The notes: a model not told the origin generated them from the letters alone. Counted from the first letter of the stretch, positions 34,939-45,354 are shown. The stretch: 56,582 bases of DNA from Christensenellales bacterium (GCA_051889215.1 JBJFDC010000026.1:1-56582), one strand, 5' to 3'. Made by a program: numbers and translations.

Positions 34939-36387
34939 ATGGAAAAGAAATCATACGCAAAAATGATGCCACATTCAATCGAGGCGGAACAAGCAATTCT
35001 TGGTTGTTGCTTGATTGATGAAAATGTGCCAATTGAAGTTATGGGAGCGCTGACGGCGGGTGACTTTTATGTTGAAGCACACAAGCAAATTTTTGATGCA
35101 ATGATGTCGATTTACTCAAACAATGTTGCGATTGATTTTGTGACAATCACTGACCAACTCGAAAAAAACAATCTGCTTGAAAGCGTTGGTGGAATTGATT
35201 ACATAACAACTCTCACAAACATCATTCCAAGTGCTGCAAACTTCAAGCATTATTTGGACATTGTCAAACGTTGTTCAGTTCTTCGAAAGCTCATCACATC
35301 GAGCCAAAAAATTATTGAAAACTCATATGAGAGCGAAAGTGCAGAAGATGCAATCGGGTTTGCCGAAAAAGAAATTTTTGACATTGCTTCCAAGCAAGAC
35401 ACATCAAGTCTCGAACAAATTGAAGGTGCACTCAACAAAGTTATTGAAAAACTTGACCTCATCGCAAAAGATAAAAATGCTCTCAAAGGAATTTCAACTG
35501 GATTTGTTGATTTTGATGCAATAACAAACGGACTTCAAAACTCCGACCTCATTTTGCTTGCGGCGCGTCCGGGTGTTGGAAAAACATCTTTTGCAATGAA
35601 TATCATCAATTATGTCGCAACAAAAGGCAAGAAAAAATGTGCTGTGTTTTCTCTTGAAATGCCAAAAACTCAAATTGCACAACGTTCATTGTTTTCTGTC
35701 GCAAACGTAAGCATGGAAAAAGGACTCAAGGGTGACCTTTCTGTTGATGAATGGAAAAGTCTTTGGGCTGCGAAAAAAGAACTTGCCGAATCTGAAATTT
35801 ATGTTGATGATTCCAGCATGAACAAGGCAACCGACATTCTTTCAAAATGTCGCCGTCTCAAACGAGAAAAAGGACTTGACCTTGTCATGATTGACTATCT
35901 TCAACTCATGACAGGAAACAGCAAAAGTGCTGCGGAAAACCGTCAACAAGAAATTTCAGAAATCACGCGTTCGCTCAAAATTGCGGCACGTGAACTCGAT
36001 GTTCCAATCATTCTTCTTTCACAACTTTCTCGCGCGGTTGAAGCAAGAAAAGATCACAGACCAATGCTCAGTGATTTGAGAGAAAGTGGTGCGATTGAGC
36101 AAGATGCTGATATTGTTTTGTTTATTTATAAACCTGATATGTATAACGATGTCGTCAACGAAGATGAACCAAACACTTGCGAAGTTATTGTCGCAAAACA
36201 CAGAAATGGACCAATCGGAACTGTAAAACTCAAATGGGTTGGAGAATGCACGAAGTTTGTCAATCTCAAAGATTACACAAAAATCGCTCGACAATCTGCT
36301 CAAAAATCATCAGAAAAAGAGCAAGACGAGCCAGTTTTGGAACCTGTGCAAAAAGTTGACCTTGAAAACCTTGATGACTTGTGGTAG
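34939..36387 (+). CDS. dnaB: replicative DNA helicase
   Basis: N-terminus PHSIEAEQAILG, Walker A ARPGVGKTSF, Walker B MIDYLQLM, and SQLSR. Confidence 0.93.
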   Translation: MEKKSYAKMMPHSIEAEQAILGCCLIDENVPIEVMGALTAGDFYVEAHKQIFDAMMSIYSNNVAIDFVTITDQLEKNNLLESVGGIDYITTLTNIIPSAANFKHYLDIVKRCSVLRKLITSSQKIIENSYESESAEDAIGFAEKEIFDIASKQDTSSLEQIEGALNKVIEKLDLIAKDKNALKGISTGFVDFDAITNGLQNSDLILLAARPGVGKTSFAMNIINYVATKGKKKCAVFSLEMPKTQIAQRSLFSVANVSMEKGLKGDLSVDEWKSLWAAKKELAESEIYVDDSSMNKATDILSKCRRLKREKGLDLVMIDYLQLMTGNSKSAAENRQQEISEITRSLKIAARELDVPIILLSQLSRAVEARKDHRPMLSDLRESGAIEQDADIVLFIYKPDMYNDVVNEDEPNTCEVIVAKHRNGPIGTVKLKWVGECTKFVNLKDYTKIARQSAQKSSEKEQDEPVLEPVQKVDLENLDDLW

Positions 36388-36410
36388 AATGCTTTATATG
36401 GAGGTGACAC

Positions 36411-37412
36411 TTGTCAAGATTTAAATCTCTAAAAGAAGTTTCACTAAAAAAGAAAATATTTATTTGTCTTATTATCATCGCAATTATTGTTGCAGTTGTT
36501 TTTTTGGTTATTCATTTTGGTTTTCCTGATGCAGACGTGACAAGACCACATTCTCTTGCATATGAAGTGGGTGCGGATTCCACATCAAAAAATCAATTTG
36601 AAACGGCTTTTGATTTTTTTGATGCAAACTGTGATGCGAGCCAAAAAGAGGATAGTCTTTCACTTCGAAACCTAAATTCATATTATATGGCAAGAATTTC
36701 AGTTAACAAAACAACAAATCACAATGTTGATCGTTTGTTGCTTTCGCTTTCTGACGTTCAAGACATGAACAAACTCAACAAAAAAATCAAAAATCTTGAA
36801 AAAGTGAAAAGCAATGTCGATGCGGCAAAAAAAGATGTGATTGCTTATTGCGAAAATCAAATTATGCCATACAAGGAAGGGACGAGTGATTACTCGCAGA
36901 TTTCGAATTATTTTTCAAACTTTGCAAAAAAGTTTACCAATTATCTAAAAAATATGAGAGATTTTGAAAACTGCTTGACTGAAATTATCCAAACATCAAC
37001 AACAGAGAGTTCATATTCGAATTATCTCACAAAATTCACGACTTCACTCAACAACAGAAGACTTTCATATTGTGTTGATAGATGTCAGAAAAAATTTGTT
37101 GACGGAGAAAATTCTGTTTCGATCGGAGCGCCATCTTTTGATTTGTCAAAAAGTGCAACAACCACAATGTTTGAGCAAAAAGAAAATGCCATTGAAACTT
37201 TTGTTGCAAACAAAAATTTGATTATTCAAAACATCGACACAATCAATTCAATGAAATGGTTTTCGGGCTGGCTTGAAGTTTTTGGAACAAGCAAAGAAGA
37301 AGAATTTTTGAGAACTGTTGATCAAAACGATTACAATGAATTCAAAACTTTTATGCAAACACTTTATTCGACAAAATTTGCTGATTATCCAGTCATCTCG
37401 GAGGTGAAATGA
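36411..37412 (+). CDS. hypothetical membrane-anchored protein (333 aa)
   Basis: TTG start 5 nt after GGAGGTGA, one N-terminal TM helix, and a Ser/Asn/Lys-rich helical ectodomain. Confidence 0.6.
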   Translation: MSRFKSLKEVSLKKKIFICLIIIAIIVAVVFLVIHFGFPDADVTRPHSLAYEVGADSTSKNQFETAFDFFDANCDASQKEDSLSLRNLNSYYMARISVNKTTNHNVDRLLLSLSDVQDMNKLNKKIKNLEKVKSNVDAAKKDVIAYCENQIMPYKEGTSDYSQISNYFSNFAKKFTNYLKNMRDFENCLTEIIQTSTTESSYSNYLTKFTTSLNNRRLSYCVDRCQKKFVDGENSVSIGAPSFDLSKSATTTMFEQKENAIETFVANKNLIIQNIDTINSMKWFSGWLEVFGTSKEEEFLRTVDQNDYNEFKTFMQTLYSTKFADYPVISEVK

Positions 37413-38440
37413 TGAAAAAGTTTTTTGCGCTCATATTTTCACTTTTGTGTGTTGGAATGATTTTTGTCGGGTGTTCAAAAGAAACAGATCAATATTTTTA
37501 CGATGTATATGATTATTGGAACGACAAAGTTAATGCCGACCAAAATGTGGAGTATTTTAACAAATCACAAAATATAACTTTCAATTCTTCAAACATAAAC
37601 GACCTTATTTCAACTGAATTTTCTGAAATAAAAAAATATCAAGAGATTTTCAACAGTTTGAAAAACGATGTTGAACAACTGTCATTTGATTTTGTTCACG
37701 ACCCACAACTTGACGGAAAAGAACTAAAAAATGCGCAACAAAAAGTGACCGAATACAAAGAACAACTTCAAAGATATGAAGAGGAAATTGCCGATTTCAA
37801 ATATGCGAAAAATAATTTTGAAACTGCATGTTCAAATCTTGAAGGATCTGCTGGAATTATTGAAAAAGATGAATACAAAGAATTTTTGTCAAGTTATCGT
37901 GGACTTATCAGTTCTTTGAATCAGGTCTTTTCAAAAATGTATTCTTGTGCTCAATCAATGTTCTATTCAGGAAAAGTCTCTGGTTTTAAAACAAACAAAG
38001 AGAGGGCAAACGCAATCAAAGAAACTTGTTTTGAAACAAAAATTTTGCTCACCCAAGATTATATGTATTTTTGTTATGAACACACAGATAGCACACAACC
38101 TCAAACCTATATTGACACAATTTATGACAACTATAATGCTGTGAGAAAATTGACACTAAATAGCGATGAGTTGGAGGTTGAGCAATCTGAAGAGACATTG
38201 CCAAAGATTGATGGCACGATTGAGGCGCTCGGAACATGGATAAAATACTATAAGAGTGAGTCTTCAAAAATAAAAAGTGAAATGCAAGAGAATAGATTCA
38301 GATTTAGTCTTTCAGGACTTGAAATAAATAGTGCTGAAACTGCAATAATCAAAGAAAATCATGAGAAATATTTAAATCTTATTAACTCAACAATGAAAAA
38401 CCTTTCAAAAACTTGTGGAGACCTGGTTGCCTTTTATTAA
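37409..38440 (+). CDS. hypothetical lipoprotein (343 aa)
   Basis: Lipobox FVGC. The start overlaps the upstream stop (ATGATG). Confidence 0.6.
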   Translation: MMKKFFALIFSLLCVGMIFVGCSKETDQYFYDVYDYWNDKVNADQNVEYFNKSQNITFNSSNINDLISTEFSEIKKYQEIFNSLKNDVEQLSFDFVHDPQLDGKELKNAQQKVTEYKEQLQRYEEEIADFKYAKNNFETACSNLEGSAGIIEKDEYKEFLSSYRGLISSLNQVFSKMYSCAQSMFYSGKVSGFKTNKERANAIKETCFETKILLTQDYMYFCYEHTDSTQPQTYIDTIYDNYNAVRKLTLNSDELEVEQSEETLPKIDGTIEALGTWIKYYKSESSKIKSEMQENRFRFSLSGLEINSAETAIIKENHEKYLNLINSTMKNLSKTCGDLVAFY

Positions 38441-38452
38441 AATATAGTTTAG

Positions 38453-38485
38453 AATAAGTGATGTATTAACGTCACTTATTTTTTA
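38453..38485 (+). terminator. rho-independent terminator
   Basis: The stem AATAAGTGA/TCACTTATT is followed by TTTT. Confidence 0.7.
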
Positions 38486-38507
38486 ATCAAATCAACAAGG
38501 AGAAAGA

Positions 38508-40085
38508 ATGATACAAGTTAGCAATGTGACACTTCAATTTGGTGGACGAGTTTTATTCAAGGATGTGAACCTCAAATTCACCAAGGGAAATTGTTATGGA
38601 ATTATTGGTGCGAATGGCGCGGGAAAATCAACTTTCCTCAAAATCTTGACCGGAGACCTTGAACCAAACAAGGGAGAGGTTATTGTTGACAAAAATGAGC
38701 GCATGAGCGTGCTTGAACAAAATCAAAATAGATATGATGACAAGACTGTCCTCGAAACAGTTCTTCTTGGGCACAAGCGGCTCATGGAAATTGAAAAAGA
38801 AAAAGAAACACTATATTCAAAACCTGACTTTTCAGAAGAAGACGGAATTCGTGCGGGAGAACTCGAGCAAGAATATGCAGACCTTGGCGGCTGGGAGGCA
38901 GATGGCGAGGCGAGGACATTGCTTTCGGGAATTGGAATTGATGAGAATTTGTTTGAAAAGCTCATGGCTGAAGTTGACCCAAAGCAAAAGGTCAAAGTTC
39001 TTTTGGCACAAGCATTGTTTGGCAACCCCGACATTTTGATTCTTGATGAGCCGACAAACAACCTTGACTTCAAAACCGTTCGCTGGCTTGAAAACTTTTT
39101 GCTTGATTTTGAAAACACGGTCATCATTGTTTCGCACAATCGTCACTTTTTGAACAAAGTTTGCACACATATTTGCGATGTTGATTATGGGGCAATCAAC
39201 ATGTATCTTGGAAACTATGACTTCTGGTATGAGACCAGTCAACTCATGGCAAGACAGCTCAAAGACCAAAACAAAAAAGCCGAGCAACGCGCAAAAGAAC
39301 TCAAAGATTTTATTGCCCGTTTTGCTGCGAATGCATCAAAGAGCAAACAGGCGACATCAAGGAAAAAAGAACTTGAAAAACTCACCATTGATGATTTTAA
39401 GCCAAGTTCAAGAAAATATCCTTTTATTGATTTCAAGTTTGAGACCGAAATTGGCAAAGAAATTTTGCAGGTTGAACACTTGACGAAAAAAGGTTATTTC
39501 AACGATTTGTCATTCACTGTTGGAAAAGACGAAAAAATCGCACTTCTTTGTTCAAACTCCTTGACTGCGACAATGCTTTTTGACATTTTGATGGGACTGG
39601 AACAACCTGACAGTGGCTCATTCCGATGGGGCAAGACAATCAAACCGGTTTATCTTCCTCAAGACAACAGGAAATATTTTGAGGGTTGCAAACTTTCAAT
39701 CGTTGACTGGCTCAGACAATTTTCAAAAGAACAAGACATCACTTTTATTCGTGGTTGGCTGGGGAGAATGCTGTTCAGCGGTGAAGAAGCGCTGAAGCCC
39801 GTTGAAGTGCTTTCGGGCGGCGAAAAAGTCCGTTGCATGTTTTCACGCGCCATGCTCATGAGCGGGAATTTCCTTTTGTTTGACGAACCGACAAACCATT
39901 TGGATTTGGAGTCAATCACAGCGCTCAACAAGGGCATGATAAACTTCAAGGGCGGAATGTTATTTTCAACGCACGACCAAGAAATTATTGAAACGACGGC
40001 AAACAGAATTATCGACATTATTGACGAAAACACAGTTGTTGACAAACTCATGACATATTCAGAATATGTTGAGAGTCAGAAATAG
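38508..40085 (+). CDS. ABC-F family ATPase, YbiT-like
   Basis: Two ABC cassettes: Walker A GANGAGKST, Walker B ILILDEPTNNLD, linker, signature LSGGEKVR, Walker B LLFDEPTNHLD. Collinear with my recollection of E. coli YbiT. Confidence 0.85.
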   Translation: MIQVSNVTLQFGGRVLFKDVNLKFTKGNCYGIIGANGAGKSTFLKILTGDLEPNKGEVIVDKNERMSVLEQNQNRYDDKTVLETVLLGHKRLMEIEKEKETLYSKPDFSEEDGIRAGELEQEYADLGGWEADGEARTLLSGIGIDENLFEKLMAEVDPKQKVKVLLAQALFGNPDILILDEPTNNLDFKTVRWLENFLLDFENTVIIVSHNRHFLNKVCTHICDVDYGAINMYLGNYDFWYETSQLMARQLKDQNKKAEQRAKELKDFIARFAANASKSKQATSRKKELEKLTIDDFKPSSRKYPFIDFKFETEIGKEILQVEHLTKKGYFNDLSFTVGKDEKIALLCSNSLTATMLFDILMGLEQPDSGSFRWGKTIKPVYLPQDNRKYFEGCKLSIVDWLRQFSKEQDITFIRGWLGRMLFSGEEALKPVEVLSGGEKVRCMFSRAMLMSGNFLLFDEPTNHLDLESITALNKGMINFKGGMLFSTHDQEIIETTANRIIDIIDENTVVDKLMTYSEYVESQK

Positions 40086-40094
40086 GAGCATTAT

Positions 40095-41489
40095 ATGGAA
40101 AAAAATTTGACAATGGACAAACTTATCGCACTTTGCAAAGGCAGGGGCTTTATTTATGCGGGCAGTGAAATTTATGATGGGCTCGCAAATTCTTGGGACT
40201 ATGGTCCACTGGGCGTGGAACTAAAAAACAACATCAAAAAATTTTGGTGGCAAAAATTTGTCACGGAGAACAAATATAATGTTGGACTTGACAGTGCAAT
40301 TCTCATGAACCCAAGAGTTTGGAAAGCATCGGGGCACCTTGGCGGTTTTTCGGACCCGCTCATGGATTGCAAATCGTGCAAAACAAGATATCGAGCCGAC
40401 AAACTTATTGAAGATTATGTTGCAGAAAACAACCTTGACATTGACATTTCGGGTTGGGAAACAGACAACGCAAAAATGGAGAAGTTCATTTCCGATAATC
40501 ATGTCAAATGCCCACATTGTGGCAAAAGTGATTTCACTCCGATAAGAAAATTCAATTTGATGTTCAAAACATTTATGGGAGTGACAGAAGAGAGCACAAA
40601 CACAATTTATCTTCGTCCAGAAACCGCACAAGGCATATTTGTTAATTTCAAAAACATTTTGAGAACAACAAGAAGCAAAATGCCAATGGGTGTTGGACAA
40701 ATCGGAAAATCATTCAGAAACGAAATCACGCCAGGGAATTTCATTTTTAGAATGCGCGAATTTGAACAAATGGAACTTGAATTTTTCTGCGAGCCGGGGA
40801 CTGACCTTGAATGGTTTGACTATTGGAGAAGTTTTTGCAAAAAGTGGCTTCTTGACGCAGGAATTGAAGAGAGCAATTTGAGACTTCGCGACCACTCACC
40901 AGAAGAACTATGTTTCTATTCAAAAGCAACAACAGACTTTGAATTTTTGTTCCCATTTGGTTGGGGTGAACTTTGGGGCGTTGCGGACAGAACTGACTAT
41001 GACCTCAATCAACATGCAAAGGAAGCAAAAGAAGAACTCCTCTATCTTGACCCTGTGACGAACAAAAAATATGTTCCATATGTCATTGAACCATCGCTTG
41101 GGGTTGACAGAATGTTCCTCGCAACAATGTGCAATGCATATCATGAAGAAGATTTGGGCGAAGGGGACACCCGTGTTGTTCTCAAACTTGCACCACATCT
41201 TGCTCCATACAAGGTTGCCATTTTGCCACTTTCCAAAAAACTTTCAGACAAAGCAGACGAAATTTATTCTGACCTCATCAAAAAATTTTCTTGCACTTTT
41301 GATGAAGCGGGCTCAATCGGCAAACGTTATCGCCGTCAAGACGAAATTGGAACTCCAATGTGTGTGACAGTGGACTTTGACACCTTGGAAGATGAGGCGG
41401 TGACAGTGAGAGATCGTGACACAATGGAACAAGTCAGAATAAAGATTTGTGACCTCGAAAAATATATTGCAGACAAAGTCAAGATTTGA
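40095..41489 (+). CDS. glyQS: glycine--tRNA ligase (alpha2 type)
   Basis: N-terminus [24 protein letters not shown], motif 2 [21 protein letters not shown], and a C-terminal anticodon-binding domain. Confidence 0.92.
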   Translation: MEKNLTMDKLIALCKGRGFIYAGSEIYDGLANSWDYGPLGVELKNNIKKFWWQKFVTENKYNVGLDSAILMNPRVWKASGHLGGFSDPLMDCKSCKTRYRADKLIEDYVAENNLDIDISGWETDNAKMEKFISDNHVKCPHCGKSDFTPIRKFNLMFKTFMGVTEESTNTIYLRPETAQGIFVNFKNILRTTRSKMPMGVGQIGKSFRNEITPGNFIFRMREFEQMELEFFCEPGTDLEWFDYWRSFCKKWLLDAGIEESNLRLRDHSPEELCFYSKATTDFEFLFPFGWGELWGVADRTDYDLNQHAKEAKEELLYLDPVTNKKYVPYVIEPSLGVDRMFLATMCNAYHEEDLGEGDTRVVLKLAPHLAPYKVAILPLSKKLSDKADEIYSDLIKKFSCTFDEAGSIGKRYRRQDEIGTPMCVTVDFDTLEDEAVTVRDRDTMEQVRIKICDLEKYIADKVKI

Positions 41490-41496
41490 ATTATAT

Positions 41497-41528
41497 AAAA
41501 AAACAACTCGAATTGAGTTGTTTTTTGT
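41497..41528. terminator. bidirectional terminator
   Basis: The stem AACAACTC/GAGTTGTT is flanked by A- and T-runs. Confidence 0.7.
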
Positions 41529-41534
41529 TGATTA

Positions 41535-41996
41535 TTATCTTTCCATATTATTGTTTTTTGCATTATGAATTTGTGTTGCTCTTTGAATCAGTTTGGTTTC
41601 TGGAACCTGTTTTGCTTTTGTGACTTGTTGGTCAATCAAGTCATTATACAATCTTTCGAGTTCATGACTGTTATATCTTTTTGCGTCTTCAAGTGCAACG
41701 TTTCTAACATTTTCCACGAAATGTTTGTTGTTGAACCAAGACTTGTAGCAATAGACCATTGCGAGTGGGTTTACATCTTTTATCAAATTATACATATACC
41801 CTTTGTCTTGTTTCAGTTGTGTTGACAGATATTGCAAGTTGTTGATGTTTGTTGCTGCGGCAATTGCCATTGCATATCCATCTCTTGAAATCTCAACCAC
41901 TTCACTGTCTGACAATTTTTCAAATGCGTTTCCGTCATTTTCGAGCAAGTCCAAAACTTCTTCATAGCGCTTTGTTGACATGATTTCTCTTTTCAT
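41535..41996 (-). CDS. hypothetical protein (153 aa)
   Basis: RBS AAAGGAGAA. Lies immediately downstream of the DUF4097-like gene. Confidence 0.55.
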   Translation of the reverse strand: MKREIMSTKRYEEVLDLLENDGNAFEKLSDSEVVEISRDGYAMAIAAATNINNLQYLSTQLKQDKGYMYNLIKDVNPLAMVYCYKSWFNNKHFVENVRNVALEDAKRYNSHELERLYNDLIDQQVTKAKQVPETKLIQRATQIHNAKNNNMER

Positions 41997-41998
41997 AT

Positions 41999-43570
41999 TT
42001 ATTCTCCTTTTATATTTGAAATTGAAATCTCATATTTTGCATAAAGAGTCATTTTCTTTGATGTGTCGCCGCCATTAATTTGCAAATCAAACTTATTTTG
42101 TTTGTCTGAAATTGAAGCATAATTGATTGAAATATCCCTTTTGGCACTGCTTGCAGAGAGGTTAAAAGCCATGTTTTGGTCAAACATCACATCAATGACT
42201 GAATCTTCAGTATTGAGATAGTTGTTTGTTCCAACAATGTCCTTGATTGAGCCAGATATTTTTCCTTTTGTTGTTTTGATCCTTATTTCACCCGAGCAAT
42301 CTTTGAGTGTGACAGGTGCTCTGGTTGAAGATAAATCAATTGAGCTTGTGCAGTTTTCAAGATATACGCTCCCTTTTTGGGTTTGAATGATAACTGCTGA
42401 ACTTGCATTTTTTATTGAAATGTTGTTGTTTGTTGAAATAATTTTTACTTTTCCATCGATTTTTTCAATATTGACATCGCATGTGTCGCCTTTTGGCAGA
42501 TAAAATTGACCACTGATATAATTGATTGAAAAGTTTGTTGCGCTGGCATCTTCATGTCCGAGAAGTGAACCATTGATGTTGTTTGCAAAACATCTTCCGC
42601 GGTTTCCGCTCCAGTTGAGTGCATTGTTGAGTGACCCAAGGTCTATGTCGTGAAGTTTTATGTCTGCTTTTTCTGAATATATGTTGAGTTCTTTGACGAT
42701 GATATCTGCAGAAGAGAAATTGACCTCGCCACTGCCAGAAGATAAATTCATTGTCATGTTGGTTTGATTGATTGTGTTGGTGTTTGAAATTTTGCCTTTT
42801 TGTGATTTGAGATTGAGCATTTCGCCACAAGGATAAAAGTTTTCGTTGAGAGTGATGTCGCCCTTGTTTGTTTCAATGTTGACATTTGCCATTGAAGATG
42901 AGCGAACTTCCGAGCCGGGCTCGTTCCAGCCGCCAAGGTTGACGTCTCCGCTGTCAGAAAAAATTGTGAGTGTTGCTGTTGTGGACCCGAGGATATTTGT
43001 TCCTGTTTTCACGCTGTTTGAAAGGTGATAAAATGCCTCAGGGATATCAACAATAATATTTCCGCTGCGATTGAAATTCAAACCGCTTGGTGTGTTGAAA
43101 TTGAGGGTTAAAACTTTTTGGTCTTTGTCATAAAAAATATTGAAATCAACTCCGTTTGGATATTTTGATTGTTTGTAGATTCCAGAATAATATGAAGAAA
43201 TGACAAAGGCGAATTTGTCGACCGAATTTGTTAATTCCGTGCCTTCAAGCTTTTGGTCTTGCTTCATTTGTCTGACGACGACATCATGTGCTCCCGCATT
43301 AATGACAAGACTTTGAACGTCGTTTGCATCAAGCATTCGCCTGTCTGCTCCCAAATGCTCCGAATAGTAGGTTTCGCTATATATATGTGAGTCAGAATTA
43401 TTGAGATAGGCATAGACTGTGTCGTTTTGAGAAACTTTGGAATAAACAAATCCCGCGATGGCTTTTCCAGGGGCGAGCACAAGCACTGCGATGCAAATGG
43501 CGAAAACGCCCAAAGCGATTCCGAGCAAAATTAATATATACGTCAGCAAGCTTTTCCCTTTTTTCTTCAT
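41999..43570 (-). CDS. membrane-anchored beta-repeat protein (DUF4097-like putative adhesin)
   Basis: Trimmed to MKKKGKSLL with RBS AGGAGG. One TM helix followed by many short G-x-I/V-x-I/V beta-strand repeats (GDVNL, GDITL, GEVNF, KADIKL and others). Confidence 0.6.
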   Translation of the reverse strand: MKKKGKSLLTYILILLGIALGVFAICIAVLVLAPGKAIAGFVYSKVSQNDTVYAYLNNSDSHIYSETYYSEHLGADRRMLDANDVQSLVINAGAHDVVVRQMKQDQKLEGTELTNSVDKFAFVISSYYSGIYKQSKYPNGVDFNIFYDKDQKVLTLNFNTPSGLNFNRSGNIIVDIPEAFYHLSNSVKTGTNILGSTTATLTIFSDSGDVNLGGWNEPGSEVRSSSMANVNIETNKGDITLNENFYPCGEMLNLKSQKGKISNTNTINQTNMTMNLSSGSGEVNFSSADIIVKELNIYSEKADIKLHDIDLGSLNNALNWSGNRGRCFANNINGSLLGHEDASATNFSINYISGQFYLPKGDTCDVNIEKIDGKVKIISTNNNISIKNASSAVIIQTQKGSVYLENCTSSIDLSSTRAPVTLKDCSGEIRIKTTKGKISGSIKDIVGTNNYLNTEDSVIDVMFDQNMAFNLSASSAKRDISINYASISDKQNKFDLQINGGDTSKKMTLYAKYEISISNIKGE

Positions 43571-43578
43571 AAAACCTC

Positions 43579-45354
43579 CTAACCGATGACGGCTTTTATG
43601 CGTCTTACTCCGCTTGAACTGCTTTCTTCTTTTATGATTTTGAACGATTTGAGTTCGCGAGTGTTGTTTGCGTGTGGTCCGCCACAAATTTCTTTACTTA
43701 CATTCCCGATTGTATAGACTTTGACTTTTTCGCCATATTTGTTTGCAAAAATTCCTTTTGCACCACATGCTCTTGCTTGGTCAAGCGACATTTCTTCACA
43801 AACAACATCAATTTCTTTTTTTATTGCGTCGTTAACAAAGTCTTCAAGCATTTTGAGTTCTTCTGGAAGCATTTTGCGAGGGAAATTAAAGTCAAAACGA
43901 AGTCTTTCTGGGGTTATGTTGGAACCCTTTTGGATTATGTTTGGGTCAAAAAGTGTTTGAAGTCCTGCAAGAAGCAGGTGAGTTGCGGTGTGAAGGCGAG
44001 CAGTGTTGTCTGATGTGTCACTGAGTCCTCCCTTAAAAGCGCCAGCCGCCGCTGTTCTTGATTTTTCTTGATGTTCAACAAACGCCTTGTGATAACCTTC
44101 TTCATCAACATTATAACCGATTTCTTTTGCCATTTCAACAGTTAGTTCCAAAGGAAAACCAAATGTGTCATAAAGGCGGAATGCGGTTTTTCCGTTAATT
44201 GTTTTGTCTTTGCTATAAAATGCCACTTTTTCAAATTCTTTTTGACCAAGTTGAATGGTCTTTGAAAATTTCTCAATTTCCTCGTCAAGTTCTTTGAGAA
44301 TGACATCTTGTTTTTCTTTGATTTCTGGATAGTATTCTTGATATTCTTGTATATAAATTTTTGCCACTTCAAGAATTTGTTGCTTTTCAATGCCGATTTT
44401 TCTTGCGTGATTAACACTTCTGCGAATGAGACGGCGAAGAACATAACCTTGTCCAACTGGGGCAGGAGTGATGCCGCTTGAAAGAATGAACACAGAAGCG
44501 CGGATATGGTCGCAAATGACGCGATAAGATTTTTTTACATTTTCTTCAACATATGGAGCGCTTGCAAATTGTGAAAGAAAATCAATAACATCTTTGAAAA
44601 TGCCAGTGTCATAAACTGATTCAACACCATTCAGGACACACACCGTTCGTTCAATGCCCATTCCTGTGTCAATGTTTGGTCGAGCAAGTTTTTCAACAGG
44701 TTGTCCAACATCTTTGACATAGTATTGCATGAAAACATCGTTCCAAATTTCAAGATATTTTCCGCAATCGCAAGCGGGTGAGCAGGAGTCACAGCATTTT
44801 GGTTTTCCGGTGTCAAAAAACATTTCGGTGTCTGGTCCGCATGGCCCTGTGCCGCCACCAAGAGCCCACCAGTTATTTTCTTTTGGAAGATAGAAAATTT
44901 GGCTGTCGTCAAGTCCTGCCTCAACCCATGCGTCATGTGCTTCGACATCACGAGGAGCATTTTCGTCTCCAGCAAAAACAGAGACTGCGAGTTTGTTTTT
45001 GGGGATTCCGAGTTTTTCGGTAAGAAATGCAAAACTATTTTTTATCATTTCGTGTTTGTCGCATTCGCCGAGTGTCCAGTTGCCAAGCATTTCAAAAAAA
45101 GTGCAGTGAGACGAATCGCCGACCTCTTCAATGTCGTTTGTTCTGATGCACGCTTGATAGTCGCAAAGTTTGTCACCCATTGGGTGTTTTTCGCCCAATA
45201 GATATGGGACAAGTGGGTGCATTCCAGCGGTTGTAAAAAGAACTGTTGCGTCGTTCTCTGGAACCACTGACGCACTTGGAATTGTTTTATATCCTTTGCT
45301 TGTCCAAAATTCAAGCCATAATTTTTTTAATTCATGTGTTGTTAGTTTTTTCAT
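43579..45354 (-). CDS. alaS: alanine--tRNA ligase, short form (591 aa, no C-Ala domain)
   Basis: N-terminus KLWLEFWTSKGYKTIPSASVVP...LFTTAGM, editing motifs HTATHLL and CGGPH, and an ending at GVRRIKAVIG. RBS AAGAGGA. Confidence 0.88.
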   Translation of the reverse strand: MKKLTTHELKKLWLEFWTSKGYKTIPSASVVPENDATVLFTTAGMHPLVPYLLGEKHPMGDKLCDYQACIRTNDIEEVGDSSHCTFFEMLGNWTLGECDKHEMIKNSFAFLTEKLGIPKNKLAVSVFAGDENAPRDVEAHDAWVEAGLDDSQIFYLPKENNWWALGGGTGPCGPDTEMFFDTGKPKCCDSCSPACDCGKYLEIWNDVFMQYYVKDVGQPVEKLARPNIDTGMGIERTVCVLNGVESVYDTGIFKDVIDFLSQFASAPYVEENVKKSYRVICDHIRASVFILSSGITPAPVGQGYVLRRLIRRSVNHARKIGIEKQQILEVAKIYIQEYQEYYPEIKEKQDVILKELDEEIEKFSKTIQLGQKEFEKVAFYSKDKTINGKTAFRLYDTFGFPLELTVEMAKEIGYNVDEEGYHKAFVEHQEKSRTAAAGAFKGGLSDTSDNTARLHTATHLLLAGLQTLFDPNIIQKGSNITPERLRFDFNFPRKMLPEELKMLEDFVNDAIKKEIDVVCEEMSLDQARACGAKGIFANKYGEKVKVYTIGNVSKEICGGPHANNTRELKSFKIIKEESSSSGVRRIKAVIG

